Shown here: positions 19,761 to 28,300 of the stretch, piece after piece
How positions within the stretch are numbered: position 1 is the first letter of the stretch
How the letters are laid out: every line of letters begins with the position of its first letter
Origin: an uncultured delta proteobacterium
GTDB lineage: Bacteria; Desulfobacterota; RBG-13-43-22
Assembly: GCA_963790475.1 (NCBI GenBank)
Contig: CAWBOS010000012.1
Span: 1,504,001-1,568,000, forward strand
Direction of reading: 5' to 3'
DNA length: 64,000 bases
The notes under the pieces: model-generated
Database searches by the model: none
The model's input: the letters and a program-made list of their open reading frames with translations, nothing else
Told to the model about the DNA's origin: nothing
Program-made: the position numbers and the translations under genes

Positions 19761-19890
19761 GATCCAAAAACCAAACGGGAGGTGATCCATCTTCGGGGGG
19801 ATATGCAGTCCCCGGCCGACCCCCCGGCCGGCTGCCATTTTTATCTCCGCCGCCCTGAAGTCATGCCGAATTGCAAAGTGATCTATCCGG
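19761..19890 (+). pseudogene. Second diverged copy of the ABC ATPase 3' region
   Basis: Matches about 16125-16254 (DPKTKREVI...GCHF...PEVMP). Confidence 0.85.
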
Positions 19891-19893
19891 TTG

Positions 19894-20063
19894 GAAAATA
19901 ATTTGTTTAGACAATGTTTATCATTTATAATAGGTTTCCTGGAATTTGAAAGGGTTGTGGTGCCTTTGGACGTCCATCAACAGCCAATAGTCTTTGTTAG
20001 CATCCTCGAAGGGATACATTGAGTTGGGGAGTTAGAAAAAAACTTTAGAATAATTTGTTAGGG
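19894..20063 (+). promoter_or_regulatory. Promoter (TTGTTT-17-TATAAT), leader and attI-like site ending GTTAGGG
   Basis: Paralogue of 18455-18623. Confidence 0.65.
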
Positions 20064-20072
20064 ATTGACTTC

Positions 20073-20735
20073 ATGGAAAAGCAAGCGTGGGACATTTCCT
20101 GCACAAAGGAAGAATTTGAAAAGATAAAATCAGACGAATGTTTCATTGGATTGCTTACTTTGGGTAGGGTCGTGAACGCTTTGCGTTTTTGCCAAAAGCC
20201 TGCAAGAGACGCTAAAGGTGGCTCTGACCCTTCAAGTGCTCGCTCTATGATTAACTCTTTTTTATTCGCAAGCTCAGTTTTATACGAAGGGTTTCTGCTG
20301 GTTGAAAAATTGGTCAGGCAATATAAAGATCGTGATTCATTCAAAGATGGTTTTGGAGCTTTGTTAAGAGACGACTTGGTTACATCTTTGAGAACATCAG
20401 TTCTAAAAAGAGCAAGGAATAAATTTATTTTTCATTTCGATAGGGATGTGTCGAGAGAAGCACTACAATATTTTGATATGGCAACTATTAAATTTGCATC
20501 AGGGGTTGGGAAAGCCACTGGTGAAATGTATTTTGGTTTGGCTGATGAACTTGCGATGAATTACTTGTTACAGCCAAAAGAAAATGAATCTAATGAGTCT
20601 TTGATGCAACGATACGCAAAAATCGTGAAGGACACTACCTCTATTATGGGACAATTTACCAAATCCACAGAAATTCTTATGGCAGATGTGTTGAAAGATA
20701 TGGGGTTTGTTGTCAAGAACGCTGCGCGTCCCTGA
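20073..20735 (+). CDS. HEPN-like all-helical protein (cassette-like ORF)
   Basis: RNKFIFH fits the Rx4-6H motif; ATG is about 10 bp after the attI-like core; AT-rich. Confidence 0.6.
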   Translation: MEKQAWDISCTKEEFEKIKSDECFIGLLTLGRVVNALRFCQKPARDAKGGSDPSSARSMINSFLFASSVLYEGFLLVEKLVRQYKDRDSFKDGFGALLRDDLVTSLRTSVLKRARNKFIFHFDRDVSREALQYFDMATIKFASGVGKATGEMYFGLADELAMNYLLQPKENESNESLMQRYAKIVKDTTSIMGQFTKSTEILMADVLKDMGFVVKNAARP

Positions 20736-20861
20736 CATCTCTGTAGATGATCATCTGTGGCTGCTCAGCGTTTGCACCTCAATACCATCGGATGCAGCAG
20801 ACAATCCCGCCGGCAAGCAAGCTTGCCTCCGGTCTTGCTCCCGTTCCCCAGTCATTAGGCT
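20730..20861 (+). other. Degenerate attC-like site(s)
   Basis: CCCTGAC overlaps the stop codon and is nearly complementary to the cassette start GTTAGGG; then cggatgcagcagacaa...ggcaagcaagcttgcc...ATTAGGC. Confidence 0.45.
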
Positions 20862-20880
20862 TAACGAGAGGAGAACAAAT

Positions 20881-21675
20881 ATGGGACTTCTCGACAATCT
20901 AAGAAGAAACATGCCAGGGGGGCCAAGAAATATTGCTAAGCACTTATTGAAATACTACTTGGCTGATATAACAAGGTTTCCCTATTTAAATTCAAAAGAA
21001 ATATTCAAAAAGATGTTGCAGGATCGTTATGCAGTTATAAAGAAGATGAGTGCTGACGATATAATGAAAATTGTTTCAAAGACTGATACTTTGGTTGAAC
21101 TTACATTAGAAGTTATTGCATATGAGCATCCTGCCGCAATGAATTCGCACTATCAAAAAGAAACCTGTGACGATATCTTTGACTTCTTTAAAGAGAACGT
21201 ACCTCAGGAGTTTGAAAGATTTATCAATAAGGTTAATGCTACAGAAAATCAGGACAATTATGAATTCGGGATTCGGAAATCTGCCCCCATACCTATAAGG
21301 CCACCAATATCCAAAGAAGAGGCATTTGTCGAATGGATGTTACGTTATGATGAAGATACCCTGCTATTTCGACAAATGATTTCAGATGAGAACTTAGATC
21401 ATGTTGTAACGAGCACTACAAAATTGATAATCCGAGAAGTGAACGATAATCCAAGTGGCGAAATGCTAATGGATAGATTAGGTACTATTAGGGAGTTTTG
21501 TCAAACATCTCTAAAACCAATCATTGAAAAAAGAAGGGGCATAGAATTTTGCCCCGAAGAAATACAAATCGTATTTCTCGCCTGCCTAACAAAGATGTCA
21601 ATATTGCCGTATTTCGTAAAGTACAAATATAATGTACCAGTTCCAGAAGGGTTTCTCCCGCTTAAAGAATTATAA
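20881..21675 (+). CDS. Hypothetical cassette-like protein
   Basis: RBS GAGGAG, ATG at 20881, AT-rich, 264 aa. Confidence 0.7.
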   Translation: MGLLDNLRRNMPGGPRNIAKHLLKYYLADITRFPYLNSKEIFKKMLQDRYAVIKKMSADDIMKIVSKTDTLVELTLEVIAYEHPAAMNSHYQKETCDDIFDFFKENVPQEFERFINKVNATENQDNYEFGIRKSAPIPIRPPISKEEAFVEWMLRYDEDTLLFRQMISDENLDHVVTSTTKLIIREVNDNPSGEMLMDRLGTIREFCQTSLKPIIEKRRGIEFCPEEIQIVFLACLTKMSILPYFVKYKYNVPVPEGFLPLKEL

Positions 21676-21854
21676 CTGATAACGTGCGGCATGCAACCGG
21701 AGGGGTCTCGACCTACTGCTGTGGAAGCCGGGGTCAAATCTTTATCTTTACATTTAGAAATATTTATTGTGTTGGATAAGCCATGATAAGAACCTTGAGA
21801 ATCCAATATCCTAATACGTATTATCTTGTGACCTGCTGCGAAAAAAGGGACGTT

Positions 21855-22077
21855 GATAAAATATCACTTTACAGATAGTGAATGTTGGGATCAGGTTTCG
21901 GTTCGAATCAACTGGGGTCTGATGCTGCAAAAAATCAAATGGAAAGACTTCAATGAAACACGGATGCTGATTGGATCGGCTATTCTTCTCTTCTTTTTGA
22001 CAGGCCTCTTTCTGCAGGCGCCGGCGTATGCCGAATCCTGTGAAAAGGTCGTTCATGCGGTCAATATGCGGCTCTCG
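21855..22077 (+). pseudogene. Diverged copy of the upstream region and 5' end of the barnase-like RNase gene
   Basis: Aligns with 22817-22832 plus 24244-24448; has a 1-nt deletion after ATG AAA and is truncated after NMRLS. Confidence 0.85.
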
Positions 22078-22282
22078 GCCGCGGAACATAGGGCCAGGTC
22101 TTGAAATATAAGTTTTATGGTTAGGATTTTCCTACCGAAGTATTTTCTTAAAAAGATTGTGGTTTGTAGGAGAATTCTTTATACTAAAGCTAAAACGGTG
22201 ATAGTAGCGATAGGGGTAAAGGAAAGTGATTTTTCACGACCCCATTTCCTTGAATGACTTTGAGATATTGGAGGAACGATTT

Positions 22283-22504
22283 ATGAAGAAGCAAATTACA
22301 GCGCTTATTGAACGTGAAGGGGATGGTTTTGTATCGCTTTGCCCGGAACTCGATATCGCCAGTCAGGGCGATACAATCGAAGAAGCCCGTGAAAACCTAC
22401 GTGAAGCTCTTGAGCTTTTCTTTGAGACCGCTTCCCCCCAGGAGATTCAATCACGCTTTCATGAGGAAGTGTATGTAACGAGGCTGGAGGTTGCAGTTGC
22501 CTAA
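22283..22504 (+). CDS. hicB: HicB-family antitoxin (short form)
   Basis: ALIEREGDGFVSLCPELDIASQGDTIEEARENLREALELF. Confidence 0.9.
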   Translation: MKKQITALIEREGDGFVSLCPELDIASQGDTIEEARENLREALELFFETASPQEIQSRFHEEVYVTRLEVAVA

Positions 22505-22718
22505 ACTCCGTGTTCTATCTGGGAATCAAGTTTGTGAGATCCTATTACGCCATGGATTCCTTGAGGTGCGGCGCCATGGCAGCCATATCGTAATGCAGAA
22601 GCGATTGCCGGATACAACGATTACCGTACCTGTCCCAAATCATACAGATCTGCGGATTGGTACACTTCAATCCATCATCCGCCAGTCTGGTATATCTAGA
22701 ACCGAATTTGAATCCTGA
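22497..22718 (+). CDS. hicA: HicA-family mRNA interferase toxin
   Basis: HGFLEVRRHGSHIVM...VPVPNH...GTLQSIIRQSG. Confidence 0.9.
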   Translation: MPKLRVLSGNQVCEILLRHGFLEVRRHGSHIVMQKRLPDTTITVPVPNHTDLRIGTLQSIIRQSGISRTEFES

Positions 22719-22724
22719 GCGATC

Positions 22725-22788
22725 GCCCAACAAGTCGTTCCCCCGAATCGCCTAAATAACAGTCTTCCCGGTGAACTCACCGTTGATC
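22725..22788 (+). other. Integron attC-like site after hicBA
   Basis: R'' GCCCAAC 7 bp after the stop, gttcccccg...cggtgaac arms, R' GTTGATC. Confidence 0.65.
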
Positions 22789-22832
22789 AAGGAAAAGCCA
22801 AGGAGATGGTAGGTGAAAAATAACACGTTAGA

Positions 22833-24239
22833 GAACCTTTTGCAAAACTTATAAAAACTGCATGATGAAATATATCAGCAGGCGGTTATCCCAGTCGATT
22901 TAGGAATTTTGGGTCTTTCTTAACGACGATAGTCAGATTTGAGACTTTGGTAACAATTTTCAGGCATAGTTCTCCTCCTGACCTGAACTTTTCACCCCGT
23001 TCTTTGAAAATTTACTCAGGAAGCCAACTTTATCAACTGATCCGCAAAGAGCGCCAGGACGCCAAACATGAGATGGAGATTGACTTTCAAGGCTCCTCGG
23101 ACCATGACATTCTTGGCACCGAACTCTTCTTTTAACCGGCTATTGAACCGTTCTGATGCTGTCCTTCCATTAAATCTTCTGGCCTCGTGGGGAGCCATAG
23201 GGATCACATCCTTACCGCGGAAGTTCTTGTCGATAATGGGCACATGTCCCAGAGCTCTGCTGATTGCATAGATAGATCCAGCGTCATAAGCGGCATCCAT
23301 CAAATCATAAAGATAATCCACCTTGGAACTAGTCATCTTCATTAACGGTATAGCGACCTGGCTGTCATGAAGCGATGCTGCGGTCAAGACGACACTCACC
23401 GGCAATCCGCAATCATTAACATCGGCATGGAGTTTATACCCGACCCAGGTCTCTTTGTACCCTTTGGAGTTCTTCTTGGTCCCTACGTCGCAGTAAACCG
23501 GCAATTCTTTTAAGGCCTCTTCAACTGATTGCTCTCGTTGCCTGGTCAAGCGTTTGTCTTCCTTGGAATCACGGAGTTCTCCCTTGACTGGACGTCCTCT
23601 CTTCTTCGGCGCAGGCTTTTCTTTTACAGGCTTCTTAGTCGGCTTTTCCCGACCTTCTATGGCCGTTGCGTCTCGGGATATATGACCAACCAGTTCCGGC
23701 TTTAAACAACGTTCCACCAGGGCTTCGTGAACTTTTTCGCCAAGCCCCCCTTCGGCAAACTCCGCAAAGGCCCTGGAAAAAGTGGCCTCAGAGGGAATGT
23801 CGGATACCTTTTCGAACCCGCAGATGCGTCTTACATTAGACGTCGTTTTCAAATGTTCAATGGTTGATCTGGTGAAGGAATGGTTATAGACCGTCTTGGC
23901 CACAAAAGCCCGCGCTATCGCTTGGCGCTCAAGGATCTTCCTCCCCATCCACTGATTTAAAGAACTCCGGGGAACATATCTTTCAACCTCAACCAGTTCC
24001 AATATCGTCACCAGCCGTTCCTCTTTTTCAGTCAAAGGCTGTTCCCAACATTCTTCTAAATCGGAAAATAAACCTTGTTGCAATCTACCCCTTAACCATG
24101 ATACTTTTTTCCAGAGCTTCATCGGTGTCTCCTGTGTTTTTTTGTGTTCTTTCTAAACATCATCTTAACACAGAACCACCGCTGAGGCTCACTCTTTATG
24201 CTTGTCTATTCCCTAAAAATAGACTTTTGCAAGAGGCTC
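22833..24239 (-). mobile_element. Complete IS (IS1182/IS5-like DDE element), 1407 bp
   Basis: Imperfect IRs GAACCTTTTGCAAAACTT / GAGCCTCTTGCAAAAGTC (14/18 match); 4-bp direct repeat TAGA on both sides. Confidence 0.88.
23016..24122 (-). CDS. DDE transposase
   Basis: PSEATFSRAF, SRDATAI, GYKLH, HDSQ, MDAAYD, RTASERFNSRLK. Confidence 0.92.
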   Translation of the reverse strand: MKLWKKVSWLRGRLQQGLFSDLEECWEQPLTEKEERLVTILELVEVERYVPRSSLNQWMGRKILERQAIARAFVAKTVYNHSFTRSTIEHLKTTSNVRRICGFEKVSDIPSEATFSRAFAEFAEGGLGEKVHEALVERCLKPELVGHISRDATAIEGREKPTKKPVKEKPAPKKRGRPVKGELRDSKEDKRLTRQREQSVEEALKELPVYCDVGTKKNSKGYKETWVGYKLHADVNDCGLPVSVVLTAASLHDSQVAIPLMKMTSSKVDYLYDLMDAAYDAGSIYAISRALGHVPIIDKNFRGKDVIPMAPHEARRFNGRTASERFNSRLKEEFGAKNVMVRGALKVNLHLMFGVLALFADQLIKLAS

Positions 24240-24322
24240 TAGAGAAAGTGGATATTGGAATCAGGTTTCGTTTCGAAGCACCCGGACCTGATACTGCAAA
24301 AAAATCAAATAGAAAGAATTCA

Positions 24323-24793
24323 ATGAAACAACGGATACTAATCAGATCGGCTATCCTCTTCCTCTTTTTGATAGGCCTCTTCCTGCAGACGCAGGCCTAT
24401 GCCGAATCCTGTGAAAAGGTCGTCCATGCAGTCAATATGCGGCTCTCGACCGGAATCGACGAGCGGGAATTGATCGAAATAATCCACAATCTGAACAGGA
24501 CGAGCAACAAAAGGCTTCCTTCTAAGTTCGTGAACAAGCGGGAGGCCTGGTCAGAGGGATGGAAACCTGGAAGGGACTTGTGGTCAGTCAGATCACTTAG
24601 AGGCTCGAGCATGGGGGGCGACTATTTCAAAAACCTGGAGGGTCGGTTGCCTGACAATAAATGGCGCGAGGCGGATCTCGACTATAAGGGCGGACACCGG
24701 GGCGGCAAACGCCTTATCTTTTCAGGCGATGGGGAGCGATTTGTGACCGTAGACCACTACAAGACCTTTACGGAGGTGCCGGCATGCCGGTGA
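24323..24793 (+). CDS. Secreted barnase/RNase Sa-family ribonuclease
   Basis: Signal peptide (AYA-E), GGDYFKNLEGRLP, WREADLDY, RGGKRLIFS, TVDHYKTF. Confidence 0.9.
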   Translation: MKQRILIRSAILFLFLIGLFLQTQAYAESCEKVVHAVNMRLSTGIDERELIEIIHNLNRTSNKRLPSKFVNKREAWSEGWKPGRDLWSVRSLRGSSMGGDYFKNLEGRLPDNKWREADLDYKGGHRGGKRLIFSGDGERFVTVDHYKTFTEVPACR

Positions 24794-25062
24794 AACGATT
24801 CCAATTAAATGGGAGCACAATACGTTCTCTCGATGATCTCTATGATCGGATGTCATCCCTCATCGATCTGCCGGAGCACTTCGGGCGCAATCTCGATGCG
24901 CTCTGGGACGTCCTTTCCACTGATGTCGAAGGTCCTTTCGAGATCGTCTGGAAGAATGCGGATAATTCAAAGAAGTTTATGGGCAAGGATTTTGATCGGA
25001 CCGTGAAGATGCTGCGGGAGCTGGAAAAAGAACGGGATGACTTCAAATTGATGATCGATTAA
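24784..25062 (+). CDS. Barstar-family ribonuclease inhibitor
   Basis: LPEHFGRNLDALWDVL signature. Confidence 0.93.
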   Translation: MPVKRFQLNGSTIRSLDDLYDRMSSLIDLPEHFGRNLDALWDVLSTDVEGPFEIVWKNADNSKKFMGKDFDRTVKMLRELEKERDDFKLMID

Positions 25063-25124
25063 TAAGATAGCCCACAACACATTAAACCTATGGGGGCCAT
25101 GCAGGAAAAAAGAAAAGGTCAAAT

Positions 25125-25335
25125 ACTTTTTTGCCACAGACCCACACGGGCAAAAGCCGGACAAAAGCCTATCTCTCACAGAGCTCTCAGAGACTCAGAG
25201 CAACCTAATTTATTGATTGCCGGTGAGGGGCCGGCAATCAATAACATTCACTACCCTGGGGGTAATTTTTTGGGCGGAGACCAGAGTTGGGGCATTTGCG
25301 GCCTCATGCCGGCCCTCACTCAATTCCTGCGGCAG
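25125..25335. repeat. Palindromic intergenic element with 9-mer repeats
   Basis: cacagagctctcagagactcagag followed by the perfect hairpin ttattgattgccgg-tgaggg-ccggcaatcaataa. Confidence 0.6.
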
Positions 25336-25386
25336 AACATGGTCCACATACTCCCTTTCTACCCCTGAATCTTTAAATAGCCCCTG

Positions 25387-28300
25387 TTATCTGGTCTTAA
25401 ATAAAGACAATTGGGACGTGATTGCTTTTTCCTTGTCCACCTTTTTCTGCAGGCGGGCCGCCTCCCGAAGGTTACCCCGCTTTTTCCAGATTCCCAGGGC
25501 TTCTTCCAAACGATTCATCCGCTCATAGACCCGGGCCTCCCCCGCTTCGTCTCCGATAGCCTTAAAGCAGCGGAGGGCCTCTTCGTTATGACCGCCATCA
25601 CGGTAGGTCCGACCTGCTTCCGAATAAAATTTCGTTTCTTCAAGAATATGGCCAGCCAATTGTAAATTACGGTGCCGCCGGGCCAGGTGAACGGCCTCTT
25701 CGGTTTTCCGTTCCCCCAAGAGAAATTCCACGGCCTGCCGGTAATGCCTCGGGCTTTCGCCGAAGAGCCTGTAATTCCAGCCGGTCATCTCAATGCGGTC
25801 CAGACTGGTTTCAAAAGCGTCTTTGTCCTGATAGAACTGATAGCAAGCCAGGAGAGCCGGGTCTTTTTCCCGGGCGGCCAGCCGTTTCAATTCGGCGATG
25901 AATTTTTTCAAATTCTGGGAAATGGATTTGGCAAAGAGCGTTCCTTCCCGGACCGCTTCAAAAATTCCGTTGTAATTCCGGGTTTGGAGCAGAAAGTTCA
26001 AAACGGGACCAGGCAAACTGGACCCCCAGAAGGGGAGGGAGGAGATAAACTGTTCCACACCGGGCCGCCATTCCTCTTTATTTCCCTTTTCCAGGAGCCG
26101 GGTCAGAAGCTCGGCAATAAATACCTGGGCCTCCGTCCGAAGCCGATAGTGGTTATCTGTTTCCAAATATTTATGCAGAAGGGCCTGCAAAAAGGGAAGC
26201 GTGATTTTCGGGCCGGCGGCTTCCTTCACATATCTCCCGGCCTCCTCCAGGCGGTTGCCCCTCAGAAAATAATCCAAGGCCTCCTCGTCCCGGCCGGTTT
26301 TCCGGTAAGCCTCCCGAACCAGGTCCGGGGCATTGACGGCCTTGAATCGGACCAGTGCCCGGTCCGGGGAGCCTTCCTTTAAAAACTGTTCCCCCTCCTG
26401 GAGGAGTTTCAGTTCCTTTCGCGTCTCCTGCCGGCCTTCACCGAGATGGAAGGAAAGAAATTCGGCGGCCTGCTCCCATTTATCCGGAAGCTGACTTTGC
26501 TCGATTTCCAAAGCGGCCTGATAATAATCCCCCAGGTTATAAAAACAATCGGCAGCGCTTTCGTGATTTCCCAGGGCTTGGTATTGGGGTGCGGCCAAGT
26601 TATAAAAGCGTTTTTTGAAGAAGAAAGCGGCCGATTCCTCATATTGCCCCAGTGCAAACGAACGAACGGCCGCTTTCAGCAGGTTGTTTTTGAGCACTGC
26701 CTGGCTTTTTTCTTTTTCCATGAGGGCGGCCTGCTCCTTGCCGGTTCGGGCGAACCGGGTGAAGGCTTCCATGGCCGCGGCCAGGTCCCCGTTCTTTTCA
26801 TGCAGAAGGGCGGTCTGGTAATCGTCCCCCCCTTTGACGTAGCACTCCAGCAGTCGGGCCTGGTTTTTCAACCTTTTGTACATGGCGGCGGCCTCGGCCC
26901 AGTTGCCGGCCTGGTAAAATAGGTCCGCGGCCCGATCGAGCTTTTTCAACTTTTTAAAGAGGACCGCGGCCTGCCGGTACAATCTCCCGGCCGCGAAGGC
27001 CTCGGCCGCCTCCGGGTACTTCTTGTTGGCGGCCAGGTATTCGCCCAGGCGTTGGTGATTCCCGGCCTTCCGCCAATTCTCCAGGGCCTTGGTGATCTCC
27101 TTCCTTCTGAGCCATTCCTCTGCAGCCCGGTCAAACTCGCCCTGCTGCTCGTAAAGGAAGATCCGGCATAGGGCTGCGCGCTCGTGGTCTTTCAATTTTT
27201 CCCATATGTCCATGGCCAGCTCCCATGAACCGGAACGCTCATAACAGGCGCCGGCCTGGGGCCAATAACTGTGCTTCTCAAACAGCGGGGCGGCTTCCCG
27301 GAATTGTTTGCGCTGCTCCCAAACAAAGGCCTGGGCGATTTCCGCCCGATCGAGGCTGCCGGCGTTTTTGTAACATTCCAGGGCCGCCGGGTAATATTCA
27401 CGCTCCAGGAAATAATCTCCCTGATCGGCCCATTCCTCCGGTGAGGAGACCCGGTGCCAGAGCCGGGGCAGCGCTTCGGAATCGGATGTTGAAAACAAGA
27501 ATTCGACGAGCTCGGTCAAGTTCCAGATCTCCGCGCCCGGATCGTAAATGATGAGGGTGTTCCGGGCCCGGGTAATGGCCACGTACAGCAGGTTGATCTC
27601 GTGGCGCAGGTGCGGTTGGCCGCTGCGCTCAAGTTCCCTTCCGTTGAGGATACGCCGCCAGAGCGGGGCCGATTTTGGATCGGCGGAAAATTTCCAGACC
27701 AGAACCGTATCGAATTCCAGCCCCTTGGCCTCCTGGATGGTGAAAATCAATTCCGTTCCCAGGACCTGTTTCAGCCGGGTCTGCTCTTCCCGGTCCCGGA
27801 CCAGAATGACCTGCCCGGCGGCCCGCAGCCGCAGTTGGGAGAGGATTTTTCCCTCTTCCATGTCGGTCAGCAGAAAGGGGGGCTTCCCGTTGAATTTCCA
27901 TTCCTCCCTGATTTCCGAGCCGGCCAGCCCGATCAAACGCTGTTTGAGGTCCAGCAAGGCGTTGGCCAGCTTGACCACGTTGCCCACACAGCGAAAGTTG
28001 ATCCGCAGGGAGTGTACCCGGGGCACCTGGATCCCGCGTTCGAAAAATTTGTTCCGCACCTCCTCCCAGCGAAAGCCGCTGGGATTGATGATCTGCTTGG
28101 TATCGCCAGCGAGGACCACGTTCTCCGGAGAACCGGCCAGCCGGAAGATCAGGGACAGTTGCACGTCGGCGAAGTCCTGGACTTCGTCACAGACTACCAG
28201 ATTATAAGAAGTCTGGGGGTCGGCCCCCCGGCCCAGCCGGTCCAGGACCCGGCGGCAGAGGTCGATCTCATCCCACAGCCCCTGTTCCTCCAGTTTCCCC

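Noticed and set aside
24098-24322. N-terminal extension of the RNase ORF
   Set aside because: It runs through the IS end; the signal peptide starts at ATG 24323.
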